A DNA stretch of 64,000 nucleotides from assembly GCA_963779615.1 (NCBI GenBank), contig CAVZZA010000003.1, positions 960,001-1,024,000 of the forward strand. Direction: 5' to 3'. Shown here one piece after another: positions 23,063-34,379 of this stretch. Position 1 is the stretch's first letter. Every line of letters starts with the position of its first letter. The position numbers and the translations under genes were made by a program. Origin of the DNA: an uncultured Nitrososphaeraceae archaeon. Its GTDB lineage: Archaea > Thermoproteota > Nitrososphaeria > Nitrososphaerales > Nitrososphaeraceae. The notes under the pieces are model-generated. The model was not told where the DNA came from and made no database searches. It was given only the letters and a program-made list of their open reading frames with translations.

Positions 23063-23080
23063 ATGGGTCTAGTGGGATTG
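23063..23080 (-). other. Possible tRNA 3'-end remnant
   Basis: Reverse complement CAATCCCACTAGACCCAT resembles AATCCCAC....CCCA. Confidence 0.3.
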
Positions 23081-23713
23081 GTGATGATACGGGTTCTTAA
23101 AAAGGAATCTATTGTTTTATTAGGTGAATGGTAATTTTAAAGTTTATCAATTTTAATATGCTTTTTCTATGTCAATTTGTTAATTATTAAAAAGTCTTTA
23201 AAAGGTGCAAAGTCTTGCCATTAGGGGAGAGACTGCACCACCGGACAATGGGGGCAGAAACAGGGAGATAAACAGGGCAAGGTCGCCGTAGGAGCCTAAA
23301 GACCACGCTGACCTTGATTTAGGTGCTGGAGAGTCAGAGGAAGAACCGCTGTCGCTCAATGAGGATTAACAAAGTAGTACTGCTCATAACCTGTAGCATT
23401 TGCAGGCATGCTCAATTTATTGCATGGTTGCGAATGTTGCGTCTACCGCAACTGCAAGAGGGATCCTTGGTTTGCATACACCAATAAAGAATCTGGTAAA
23501 GTCTTGACCCGGGAGTGATCTGCTGTGCCGGATTCATCATTGCCTCATAGGGATAAAGACGTGTTTAAATGCGGCTGCCAAGGGCAATTATGATCGTAAA
23601 ATAGCAAACAAAGTCATCCTGTTTGCCAAAAAAATAGGTTTGTATTGGCTGACAGGCGGTGGCTACTGTTTGCCGGCCTTCTATAACGTGTTCCCGGTTT
23701 GGCAAGTGGCAGG

Positions 23714-23935
23714 TCAGGGGTTCAGGAAAAACACTTGGATACTGTTGTTGCCAGAATCAGCTACATACACGTTGCTTGTTGCGGGATTAACGGTCACTTC
23801 TACGGGAAACATAAACTGGCCGTTGCCGGTACCAAAGGATCTCCATTTCGCTAAGAAGTTGCCAGTGATGTCAAACACCTAGATGCGGTTGTTGCTGGTA
23901 TCTGCCACATACACGTTGCCTGTTGACAGTTCACG
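23714..23935 (-). pseudogene. NHL-repeat gene fragment
   Basis: TGNVYVADTSNNRI*VFD..FGTGNGQF..NVYVADSGNNSIQVF; homologous to the 43693 C-terminus; internal TAG. Confidence 0.85.
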
Positions 23936-24044
23936 GTCCCTTGGTGATAGTTGGCAACTGCCATGTGGTGAAGCAGCTGCAGCTGCTGCACCCAAGGCTT
24001 TGACTGCAACGCTTATGCATAACCATCAGCTACAACTCCCGTTT

Positions 24045-24689
24045 TCACCCGGGAGATTGGTGTTTCACATTGTCGCCCCACTCTGGCTTTGCATTGCCCA
24101 AAATCGAGTTTCTAACAAGGCTGCTTGCCACAGGCTTGGGTATGTTGCAATAGGACGAAATGCAGTCCACAACCCTGTTTGAGCATGATATGCTCTTGCA
24201 CAGGGACAGGCTTTCCCTAAAGGACTTGACTGGATCTTGAGACGCAAAGGCCTCCAACATCACCATTCCGCGTATGTTCCCCTTCGCGTCGGGGAAGTGG
24301 TCAGACAGCAGGGCATCCAGCTCATCCAATGGCAAACCAAGCTCCCCCATACGGCCATAGTAAACCTCATCCTCACCCTTGCCGTCAACGGCACCGCCTT
24401 CCCCCCCGATAGCAGGCTGGGGGCCAAGCATCACACCATCATTGCCTGGGCTCCCTTCCGCACCCTGAAGGCTGCCGCCATTAAGCAGGGGTCTCTTATC
24501 CAACCAAAACGGCACAGCAGCCTTGGCTGTAGTGTCCACAAGATTGTATGACCTGTCGTATAGCACCCCCTTGTTGCCGTGTATGGACTGAAGGTGTCGC
24601 AGGGCATTAGACCTTCTTCCCATCTTTGTATCACAGGCCGGGCAGTAGTATGGCGATTTTCTCAACTCTATCACCCATCCATATGCCAA
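24045..24689 (-). CDS. C2H2-type zinc-finger protein
   Basis: YYCPACDTKMGRRSNALRHLQSIH. Confidence 0.75.
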   Translation of the reverse strand: MAYGWVIELRKSPYYCPACDTKMGRRSNALRHLQSIHGNKGVLYDRSYNLVDTTAKAAVPFWLDKRPLLNGGSLQGAEGSPGNDGVMLGPQPAIGGEGGAVDGKGEDEVYYGRMGELGLPLDELDALLSDHFPDAKGNIRGMVMLEAFASQDPVKSFRESLSLCKSISCSNRVVDCISSYCNIPKPVASSLVRNSILGNAKPEWGDNVKHQSPG

Positions 24690-25332
24690 ACTGCTTAGAT
24701 AACATCACCAAATAAACTATATAGACTATATATACATTCTAGGGCGCATGTGAAGCCACATGAGAGGTTAACCGAACATGCGCCATAGATTGGTGCAACG
24801 CGGCAGGGACACCAGGGTCGAGGGAAACAGAAGGTTTACAGGGTAGCAAATGAGTTACTCTGAGGCACTCTTCATGGCACAGGCGTTTCACTCCTTGACT
24901 GGCTGGCCGGAATAGCGGTCAATCCCTAGACTCAGGACACGCTCGCCTTCAGCATGATTTCTGGTGAGGTTCATGGATGAGGCATTTTCCCTGGAGCGTG
25001 CAGCAGCACAAGCCTACGCTCTAATGTTGAGTGGCAGGGCACGGTTTAGGGCTGTCCTTGCAGCAGGGCATTAACTACAACAACTCAAAACCCTTAAAGA
25101 CTCTAGGACGTTGTCGCCCTTAAAGCAGCCTGAGAGTAGCTTTTGTTCAATGGCAGGGCTCCTAGCAACCGGTGAAGTGGCTGCCTGGCCTCCACCACAA
25201 GACTGTTCACATCAAGGCCAGATGAAAGTGCGGAACCAAAGAATGTATGTGACCCGAGTCTTGGTTACAAGTTTGACTGAAAAATAAGGGCTTATGGACT
25301 TGCCTGTGAGAGTATGGCAATGAGAAAATAGG

Positions 25333-25680
25333 CTAGGCAGGCCTTCCACAGGCGTTGGTTACTGTACATGTTGCGTTCTGGCCCGGATTGCCTATTGTGC
25401 AGTTGCACCCATCCGAAAATGTGGTTGTGAGTGGAGCTATCGCAGAGGCGGTGTTGCAACCAAAGTTTGGCACGTACAAAAACCCGTTGTCTTCGTTAAA
25501 GGCAATGCCACGTGGAGCGGTGACCACGGTATGGGGTACCCACAACGGTGTTTGTTACCGGGTTTATCACTAATACGGCATTGCTATCGATGTTCACCAT
25601 AAACATAAAGCCGTTGCTGGGGCGGAAGGCAATGTCAATTGGATCTATTCCGACGGGTATGGAGTCCACAACGGTGATTA
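25333..25680 (-). pseudogene. YncE/YVTN beta-propeller secreted-protein fragment
   Basis: DSIPVG..PIDIAF, PRGIAFNEDNGFLYV, then FSDGCNCTI..TCTVTN module like FSAGCSGTI..CNVTN in 43693; frameshifted, no 5' end. Confidence 0.75.
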
Positions 25681-25723
25681 TTCAAATAATTACAATAAAT
25701 TGATGATAAACTGCAATTTGTAT

Positions 25724-25772
25724 ATAGACCGGGTTGTATATGGGTCAAATATGCCCTTAATCTAGACTGTAA
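25724..25772 (+). repeat. att-like dispersed repeat, degenerate
   Basis: ATAGACCGGGTTGTATATGGGTCAAATATGCCCTTAATC at the right edge of the GC-rich block. Confidence 0.55.
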
Positions 25773-25929
25773 GTAAAATAACAAAATAGAGAAATAAATC
25801 AAGAATAAATGCTTAACTTTTGAATTCTATTAATCATCTATCTCATCCAGAGTGGACTTCTAATAAATTATTCAATATCGATAGTATAGGATATAAATAA
25901 TAATAATAAATTCAAAAATATAATTTGAG

Positions 25930-26865
25930 TTGACGTTGTTGAAAATAGGCTATCCTTGCATAAATTTAACTTTAAAAAACCCTTATTCTTCAACATTTAG
26001 ATTAAAATCATTTTCCGAAAAAAGGTTTAATGAAACTGTAAAAAACAACCTTAACCATCTATCAAAGATATTAAAATTTAATTTAAACAATAATATTTTG
26101 TTTTTTAGATTAAGTTCAGGCATAATACCTTTTGCATCTCACCCAGTATGCAACATTAATTGGGATTACATATTTAAAACAGAATTAAACGAAATTGGCG
26201 AATTCATAAAGAAAAATAACATGCGAATATCAATGCATCCAGATCAATTTGTCATTCTCAATTCAAAAAATGAAAAAATAATTGAAAATAGTGTTAGAGA
26301 ATTACAATATCATTCTAAAGTATTGGAGAGCATGAATTTAACACACAATGCAAAAATTCAAATTCATATTGGAGGAGTTTATGAAGATAAAATAACATCA
26401 AAGGAACGATTCATAAAAACCTTTATGAAATTGGAAGAGAACTTGAAAAAGAGAATCATAATTGAAAATGACGACAGATCATATGCTTTAAAAGATTGTT
26501 TGGATATTAGCTATGAGACAGGCATTCCAATTGTTTTTGACACTCTCCATCATGAGTGTCTAAACAACAACGAGACCGTACAAGAAGCACTAACATCCGC
26601 AACCAACACATGGAAATATGTTTTGGATGGCAATCCTATCATGGACTACAGTAGCCAAAGCATAGGTGAAAGAAAAGGGAAACATACAAAAACTATTGAC
26701 AAAAATCATTTTATTTCCTATTATAAAGAATTAGTTAAATCTTCCAACAATAAACCCATGGCTGCAGCAGACATAATGTTGGAGATAAAAGACAAAGAAA
26801 ACAGTGCATTGTTGGCTTTGGATTTGATAAAGAATAACAACAACAATCAATGCCAAGAAATTTAG
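25930..26865 (+). CDS. uvsE: UV DNA damage endonuclease
   Basis: IGYPCIN, FRLSS.IIPFASHP, RISMHPDQF, IENDD, FDTLHH, DIMLEIKDKE. Confidence 0.95.
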   Translation: MTLLKIGYPCINLTLKNPYSSTFRLKSFSEKRFNETVKNNLNHLSKILKFNLNNNILFFRLSSGIIPFASHPVCNINWDYIFKTELNEIGEFIKKNNMRISMHPDQFVILNSKNEKIIENSVRELQYHSKVLESMNLTHNAKIQIHIGGVYEDKITSKERFIKTFMKLEENLKKRIIIENDDRSYALKDCLDISYETGIPIVFDTLHHECLNNNETVQEALTSATNTWKYVLDGNPIMDYSSQSIGERKGKHTKTIDKNHFISYYKELVKSSNNKPMAAADIMLEIKDKENSALLALDLIKNNNNNQCQEI

Positions 26866-27130
26866 AATATTCTATATTTATTTGATAACACTTGAGCAAG
26901 CAAGATACAATTTCTTTACACGTGTTTTTTAAAACTAACAAAAAAAACAAAATAACAAATAACATTACACAAAAATTATATTATTATATTACTATGCTGT
27001 CATGTTCCTACCAAAAGATAAAGATAAACAATAATGAAAACACAAAAGGGAGTTTTAGTTTAAAAGACAGGGATATCCACTACCCTATTTTCTTCATCAT
27101 CAGTCATGCTCTTGTCAACATATAAGGAAC

Positions 27131-27801
27131 GGCTCTGTTAACTTAACGGCTTAACTCATTATTATGATATTCAACAAATAGATTCATCCAATTTGGCACA
27201 TGCTTTAGTTTGCATTTTATTGTTCTACAGGGAAAGTAGTCGTCGAAACACTCTGTTCTGTCCTTGATATACTGCATTGTCCTTTCAATCAGGCTTTTCT
27301 CAAATGAAGAATGTATGTGATGAGCTAGTTTTAGGAATCTACAAGCTTGAGGATACCATGTACCGCCATCTGTGGAAACTGTGTTTTCCATAGTCTCTGA
27401 CAATGTTTGACAGAAAACGTTCTGTGACAAACATGTTTCTCTCCTTGGATATGGTTAGTGCGAGAATTTGATGGTTTTTTGACTCGATGGCAACCCAGAG
27501 CCATACTAACTCTGAACCTACTTTAATCAAAGTCTCATCAACAATGTATTCCGCAATCTTCTTTCTTTTTGACGACATTCTCTGAGGATGATATTTCTGA
27601 ATCCACTTCCAGATCGAAACATGACTTCTCTTAACCTTATGTAAAAAGAACATTGCTTTGGCAACACCTCTAGTTGACAGACCCAGAAAATACAAATACA
27701 ATGCGTGACCAATATCTGATGAAGGTGTTCTGTTTCTCGTATTGGACATACCAGAAATAGGGCATCTTTAAGCTATATCATTTTCTTAAGTTAACAGAGC
27801 C
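27131..27801 (-). mobile_element. IS6-family element, 671 bp, transposase frameshifted
   Basis: 16-bp perfect terminal IRs GGCTCTGTTAACTTAA; transposase (VDET, STDGG, SLIER) split at about 27380 into ORFs 27339-27749 and 27143-27430. Confidence 0.92.
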
Positions 27802-27814
27802 TTATTATCTATGA

Positions 27815-28200
27815 TCATTTTTTGTTCCATTGAAAACAAACATTTGTCATGTCCCATATTTTTCCGATAAATGCTGTTCCATTACCATCAGCATCGTTGA
27901 ATATTCTCATGAGAAATGCATAATCGCAATCAAAAATTCGCACCGCACAGTGAAACTTTAGAAAACGTTTTACCAGTATCATATATTTCATCCCACTACA
28001 AGATATTTTTTTATCGGTCGTCAAAGAGGCATTTCTTCTAAATAGATCTTTTTATTCTAAATGGTATAAACTGTATATGATCTGTATCAAGCTTGAGTGC
28101 AATCAATCTATCTGGAATGATTCATCCATTTGTTATTCCTAGCATTCCATCATATCTTTTGTTTGAACTTTGTATTTTAGCTGCAACAATCTGTGTTAGA
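27815..28200 (-). pseudogene. Phosphoribosyltransferase pseudogene
   Basis: YDGMLGITNG*IIP..., KYLVV..IYDTGKTF PRPP loop with frameshifts. Confidence 0.65.
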
Positions 28201-28379
28201 TCCTACTTCCCCCAATTGTAATACTCTTTATGGTATTATTTTTTATTCACTTCTTCTTTTTTGAACTTCAAATTACTATTAATACTGTTTACTATAACAA
28301 CAACATCAATATTAACGATCAGAATTTTGTATCTATGGTTCTATTATTAATAGTGCCCGGCATTTCCCTTATTTAGATA

Positions 28380-28690
28380 AGATAAAACTTCAAATGGCCT
28401 TGTCAACCTAACGATAAACTATAGCTCGAAGCTACTCTTTTTCTCAAATGTTCAATACAAGAATAGAAGACCATTTGTAATTGTTTTTATAAAAGATAAT
28501 GATATAGGGATTGATAAGGAGTCGATCTCAAGGCTTTTTACAAAATTTGCTTCAAGGTCATTCCAAGGAACAGGATTGGGTTTATATCTTTCAAAGAATA
28601 TGATTAAGGCTCATGGTGGAATATCTGGTGTGGTAACAATAAGCATGGTCAAGGCGCCACGTTTAGTTTTAGTTATTTTTAGATTAAGAG
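28380..28690 (+). pseudogene. Histidine kinase HATPase C-terminal fragment
   Basis: PFVIVFIKDNDIGID..LFTKFASRSFQGTGLGLYLSKNMIKAHGG, paralogous to the end of 31082-33289. Confidence 0.8.
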
Positions 28691-28736
28691 TTCAGAATAT
28701 CACTTATCCATTTGCCCTTGCAGAGTGTAAAATTAT

Positions 28737-30434
28737 TTACACATTTCTTAAATATTGATGAATTAACTGGATAGCAGTTGCCCCTTCTCCCACTGCAGAA
28801 GCGATTCTTTTAATCGAATTATGACGAACATCTCCTGCTGCAAATATACCAGGAATATTCGTTTCTAATAAAAGAGGGTGATGGTCCATTATCATATTTT
28901 GTGGATGTTTATTTTTATACAAATCCGATCCGGTAAGAATAAAGCCATGATTATCTCGTAGCACTATTCCATTAAGCCATTCTGTATTGGGTAATGCACC
29001 AATATATATGAAGAGTCCTGCAGCAGGAACAATTTGTTGTTCCTTTGTTTTAGTATTCATAACAGTAATATATTCCAGTTTGCTTTCACCACTAATTTCA
29101 ATAACTACTGTATTTAACCGTACTTTGATATTCCTGGTTTCATTTATTTGATGGATGAGATATTGCGACATTTTTTCGGCAAGTGTGTTCGAACGCACTA
29201 GTAACGTTACCTCTCTAGCATATTTTGAAAAATGAATTGCGGCCTGTCCTGCAGAATTGGCTCCTCCAACAATATATATGTCCTGTCCTTGATAATGTAA
29301 GGCCTCCACCATAGAAGATCCATAATATACACCAGCGCCTGTCAATTTTTCAATATTCCTAACATCATTTAGTTTACGATATGTAACTCCGCATGCAATT
29401 AGCATCACATGGCATCTTATTTCATTTCCATCCGCGAATGTAGCTAATCGGTATTGACCATCAACTTTTATCCCCATAACATTTTGAGAGTTTAAAATTT
29501 CTGCCCCAAATTTTACGGCTTGTACCACAGCACGTCGGGTTAAATTATAGCCAGTCAAGCCTGACGGAAACCCAAGATAGTTTTCTATATTAGAACTTGC
29601 AGCAGCTTGGCCTCCAACTGCCTGTCCTTCTATTAATATCGTATGCAGACCTTCAGACGCACCGTATACTGCTGCAGCCAATCCAGCCGGACCTCCTCCT
29701 ATTATCAGCAAGTCATAAAATGCCATATTTGGATGTGTTTTAAGACCAATTTTTTCGGCTATTTGTGAATTGGTTGGCTCAATAATGTATGAACCATCAG
29801 AAAATAAAATGATAGGGAAATGCAGAGAATTGTGATCTATCGGATGTTTTGAATCGGTTAAATTGATAGAAGAAAGTAATCTACGAGCTTCATCGCTTTC
29901 TATATCAAACCATTGATAAGATATCCCATTTCTAGCCAGAAATTCTTTTATTTCGTGCGATCTCGGAGACCATACTATCCCTATAACTTTAATGCCTTCA
30001 AATGGTGGGTTATAGGAGGACATCCAATCCTCAAGAATATCATTTAAAGCTGGATAAAGATGTATTTCCGGAGGTTCGCAAGGCTTGGTTAGATAATAAT
30101 CAATTTTTACTTCATTGACTGACTGCATTATTGAATCTGTATCCCGATAATCGGTGAGCAACACCCGTTTTGCATCAGGAAATACATCCATAGCTTTCTT
30201 CAAGAATTCAACACCAGTCATTTGAGGCATCCTCTGGTCGACTATAAATAATGCAACAACATCATTGCGTGCCTTTAACTGCGTTATTATTTCAAGGCCT
30301 TGGTGACCAGATTCTGCTAATAATATCTGAAAGAGATTACCATATTGATGATCTAAAAAACGTTCCATAGATTTTAACATTTGTGGATTATCAACCACTA
30401 GCAGGACTGCTGGTTTCGTATCAAATACCTCCAA
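28737..30434 (-). CDS. Receiver domain fused to thioredoxin-reductase-like FAD oxidoreductase
   Basis: REC (VDQRMP, LLT, KP); IIGGGPAGL, VGGANSAG, GIFAAGDVR; TTG start inferred. Confidence 0.9.
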   Translation of the reverse strand: MEVFDTKPAVLLVVDNPQMLKSMERFLDHQYGNLFQILLAESGHQGLEIITQLKARNDVVALFIVDQRMPQMTGVEFLKKAMDVFPDAKRVLLTDYRDTDSIMQSVNEVKIDYYLTKPCEPPEIHLYPALNDILEDWMSSYNPPFEGIKVIGIVWSPRSHEIKEFLARNGISYQWFDIESDEARRLLSSINLTDSKHPIDHNSLHFPIILFSDGSYIIEPTNSQIAEKIGLKTHPNMAFYDLLIIGGGPAGLAAAVYGASEGLHTILIEGQAVGGQAAASSNIENYLGFPSGLTGYNLTRRAVVQAVKFGAEILNSQNVMGIKVDGQYRLATFADGNEIRCHVMLIACGVTYRKLNDVRNIEKLTGAGVYYGSSMVEALHYQGQDIYIVGGANSAGQAAIHFSKYAREVTLLVRSNTLAEKMSQYLIHQINETRNIKVRLNTVVIEISGESKLEYITVMNTKTKEQQIVPAAGLFIYIGALPNTEWLNGIVLRDNHGFILTGSDLYKNKHPQNMIMDHHPLLLETNIPGIFAAGDVRHNSIKRIASAVGEGATAIQLIHQYLRNV

Positions 30435-30841
30435 TAGAATGTACACGGAAGTATTAATAAGAATATTTATACAAAAATTTTCATGCAGGCAAAATGACAT
30501 AGTCAAGGGTGATCAAGGAAAAATGTCTTACTACTATTTCTGACTTGAATCATATAGTTCGACGTCTCGGTCTAAAACGTAGAGCCTAATTTCCAGAAAA
30601 TCATATAGTAATTTTTGAATCTTAATTACGCTGATGTTGATACAACAATGGAGTTCATAGACAATAACTCCATACTTTTTAGTAAGTTGTAATTAATAAA
30701 TCATGTTTTTAACCTATCATTTACACAATTTGTCTAGAGATGGATGCAGAGCATTAAACCAGCCAAAAAATACCATTGTCAAATCCTATGGCACATATTC
30801 CTAAAATAATGTTTTTTACAAAAGGTAGAAGCACCTGATTT

Positions 30842-31000
30842 GGCGTCTAACTCAATCTATTCAGTTTAGATTTGACTATCCATATCCATGATTGACTGGC
30901 CTTCTTATAACCGCTCATTAGTTAGACGTAGCGAGATCCTCTTCTCTTATAATTTTCTTGATACTGGAGGTTATGAAATAGATAGGATGAATGAAGGTTA
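30842..31000 (+). mobile_element. IS5-family left-end remnant with transposase N-terminus
   Basis: MIDWPSYNRSLVRR.EILFSY.FLD resembles the W..YN.SLV.RG start of IS903-like transposases; truncated. Confidence 0.7.
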
Positions 31001-31081
31001 CTCGGGCTTAGACGTAGCCTGTTTCACCGATCTATACTTTTATAAAATTGTAATCGTATTATATTCTATTAAGAATAATTA

Positions 31082-33289
31082 TTGACCGATACTGGTTTTA
31101 AATCTGAAAATACAAAGATCCTACATGGTATTGAAAATACAATTTCATATGGTGTAAGACTTCTTCAGAATGCCAAAGAAAAGCTTGACCTCTGTGCAGA
31201 TAAAAACGGGCCGTCTATTGTTATTGAATTGAATGTTTACAAAGATAATTATATTAAAGCAAGAACTAGAGGAGTGAAAATTAGATTTATTACAGAGATA
31301 ACAAGAGATAATATTCATTATTGCAAAGAACTCAGACAATATGTTGATGAGTTAAGACATATTGATGGCCTAAAAGGAGCAATCGCTGTGAGTGAATCAG
31401 AATTTGTTGGAACATCCATACTCAGAGAAAAACAATATTTAACACAGTTACTATGTAGCCAAGAAAAAGAGATAGTCGAACAACAACAATACATTTTTGA
31501 TACTTTCTGGAAAAATTCGATATCTGCAGATCTTAAAATAAGAGATATAGAGGAAGGGATAGAACCAGTAAAAACTGGAGTATTAGAAAATCCAGAAGAT
31601 ATTTTAAAAAAAACAATAGAAATTTGCAATCAGTCTTCATTTCTTTGTATTTGTACAAATATTGATGGTATGCGATTGGGCTATAATGATTTGATCGGAT
31701 TTTATAGAGAAATCTTAAAGAGACCCAAAAATGGAAAGCAAGAGGGGATAAAGTGGATTACTTCAATAAATAATAAAGAGGATATAGGAATTGTCAAATT
31801 GTTAATTCAGGAAGGGATACAAGTAAGACATGTATTTGATATGCTTGTTGTTTCCTTTATACTAAGTAATAGACACCTCGCTTCCACAATAGAAAAACCG
31901 GGGATAACTAAAGACCTTTCCAGTGTTTTAATCAGTAACGATCCCTTATACCTTGATTATTATCATAAAATTTTTGATAAATTGTGGAACAATGGAATAG
32001 ATTCCAAATCTAGGATAGAAGATTTAGTAAAGGGTAGTCAGGTTAACATGAAAATAATACCTAGTCCAGAGGAAGCACTTACATTAACTAACGAATTATT
32101 TAGTCATGCAAAAAATGAGTTACTGATAATACTTCATTCTATAAATGGAGTTATGCGTACAGAAAGAGCATGGGGATTTAGATTTTTAGACGAACTAGGA
32201 TCAAAATCAGTAAAGGTAAAAGTTTTAACCGCATTGGATTACACTAATCGTCACACAATTGACAACTTGAAGTTAAATTATCCTCGTATTGAATTTAGAA
32301 GTTTAAAATTTTCTCTTCCAATATTTAATAGAGTGACAATAGTCGATAGAGCAAAAACTATGATATGGGAAATAAAAGACGATAACAAAGATAATTTTAT
32401 TGAAGCGTTAGGTATGGCAATATATATTGAAAGTGAACAAACCGCCTTGTCTTATGTATCCATTTTTAATAATTTGTGGAAACAATCAGAAATTTACGAG
32501 AAATTACAAGAGGCATACGAACATCTTACTCTCCATGATAAGATGCAAAAAGAGTTTATAGAATTAGTTGCGCATGAATTACGCACTCCTATAACACCCA
32601 TAATAGGTTTTACAGAACATGTAAGAGATCAATTAACTGATAACAACCAAATAGAATTGCTTGATGTCGTGATTAACAATTCAAAGAAATTACAAATTCT
32701 TACTGAAAAAATTTTAGATGTAACCCGAATTGAGGGCAAATTATTTAAACTTCAAAAGGAGAAATTTAGTCTCAATCAATTAATATTAGATATAGTCAAG
32801 GGCTTTGAAGACAATTTTAAAGACAATGATAAAAGCAATCAATTAGAATTTGAATATGATAATAGATTTAAAAAAGAAAATTATTGGATAACTGCGGATA
32901 AAACTAAAATAGGACAAGTAGTTTCTAACTTAATTGAAAATTCTATCAAATTCATATCAAATGAAGGTATGGACAAAGAGAGGAGAGGAATCATATCATT
33001 AACTATTGAAAAGAAAGAAATTGTTTCTGATATAAATAGTTATGATACTAAAGAGCCATTTGTTATTGTTTCTATAAAAGATAATGGTAAAGGTATAGAC
33101 CCGGAGATACTTCCCAAACTATTTACTAAATTTGCTTCTAAATCCTACCAAGGGACAGGGTTGGGATTATATTTATCAAAGAACACTATTGAAGCACATG
33201 GTGGCAAAATTTGGGGTGATAATAATAAGGATAGCAGAGGTGCCATCTTTAGTCTTAGTTTACCCTTATCTAATTATATTGCAAAATAA
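31082..33289 (+). CDS. Cytoplasmic sensor histidine kinase (Nitrososphaeraceae type)
   Basis: H-box AHELRTP, N-box NLIENSIKF, DNGKG, GTGLGL; repeated N-terminal domains ending F..LW. Confidence 0.93.
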   Translation: MTDTGFKSENTKILHGIENTISYGVRLLQNAKEKLDLCADKNGPSIVIELNVYKDNYIKARTRGVKIRFITEITRDNIHYCKELRQYVDELRHIDGLKGAIAVSESEFVGTSILREKQYLTQLLCSQEKEIVEQQQYIFDTFWKNSISADLKIRDIEEGIEPVKTGVLENPEDILKKTIEICNQSSFLCICTNIDGMRLGYNDLIGFYREILKRPKNGKQEGIKWITSINNKEDIGIVKLLIQEGIQVRHVFDMLVVSFILSNRHLASTIEKPGITKDLSSVLISNDPLYLDYYHKIFDKLWNNGIDSKSRIEDLVKGSQVNMKIIPSPEEALTLTNELFSHAKNELLIILHSINGVMRTERAWGFRFLDELGSKSVKVKVLTALDYTNRHTIDNLKLNYPRIEFRSLKFSLPIFNRVTIVDRAKTMIWEIKDDNKDNFIEALGMAIYIESEQTALSYVSIFNNLWKQSEIYEKLQEAYEHLTLHDKMQKEFIELVAHELRTPITPIIGFTEHVRDQLTDNNQIELLDVVINNSKKLQILTEKILDVTRIEGKLFKLQKEKFSLNQLILDIVKGFEDNFKDNDKSNQLEFEYDNRFKKENYWITADKTKIGQVVSNLIENSIKFISNEGMDKERRGIISLTIEKKEIVSDINSYDTKEPFVIVSIKDNGKGIDPEILPKLFTKFASKSYQGTGLGLYLSKNTIEAHGGKIWGDNNKDSRGAIFSLSLPLSNYIAK

Positions 33290-33754
33290 AAATGTAATAA
33301 ATTCTGCTGACGACTAGCTGTAAAACGGTAATCCTACCGTCAAGGCAAGGGGTAAGAAATCTAAATCAACATTTGCATACAGTAGAATTAAACACAATAA
33401 AGATGGTTATTGTGTTCAACTTTGGAGTCAATTATTTGCGATCCTTGAAGCCGAATAGTCTATACTTTTGCTATATATCTAGAGATAGAGGGTAAAAATA
33501 CACTGAAAAGGTTTTGTCAAGATGAGAGTGGATATAGCAATAAAATTGAGGGAAATATCACCTTGTCAATCTTACTTCCGATTGTTACCAAAATAGTTAA
33601 CTGGTCCGGTAGTTGAGTCATAGATATATTACGATCCAAAAATCATGTAGTTTAATATATTTTTGTTCGAATGGAATGGGATTTATTTACATGTCAGATA
33701 GTCATGGTTTCTTACTTCAACGAGCTGAAATCTTTTCTATCGAGATTCAATCTT

Positions 33755-34215
33755 GAAGGTTTATTTTTATATCTCTTTGCTCTGGAGTTCTTGCTGGAAT
33801 AATTTTAGCTGGTGTCAATTATTTTGTTGCCGAACCATTTATAGAACAAGCCACAGGAATTGAATCAGAAAATAGTATCGTTGCTGGAGAAGTAGTCGAT
33901 TATGAAGAATTGAACGCCTATAGAATTTGGTAAAAGAAAGGTACATTTGCAGCTGGATCTTTTCTTGGTTTAACTTATGGTGCCATTTTGGGAATAGTCT
34001 ATATAGTGTCAAGAAAGTATATGCCTTCGTCCATATACAGAAAGAAGGCGATTGCTTTAGCAGCCATAACGTGCTTATCACCATACGTCGTTCCTCTCAC
34101 TAAATATCCTACAAATCCTCCTGCGGTAGGAGACCACGAGACAATTGGTCTAAAAGATAGTTTGTATACTGGCTTATACTTTCAGGGCTATCTAGTTCTA
34201 AATTCTGTATGCTGA
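33755..34215 (+). pseudogene. CbtA-family (putative cobalt transporter) pseudogene
   Basis: LSGVLAGIILAG..AEPFIEQA..YRIW*KKG..KYPTNPPAVGD.ETIG; internal TAA and truncated 3' end. Confidence 0.8.
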
Positions 34216-34379
34216 ATTCTATTTAATATGAATGAACTATTATATTGCATTTCAGAACCAGTGATTTCTTATCATGATGTGTTGAAGATATCTACAGATT
34301 TTTTTAATGTCCGTTTAAGAAATTCTTGTACTTTACCTTCTTTACCAATTTTGAGTTCGCTGTAATATACAGTTCTAAT

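Noticed and set aside
30581-30605. AGAGCCTAATTTCCAGAAAATC as partner end of the IS5 remnant at 39765
   Set aside because: Match too short and no transposase sequence follows
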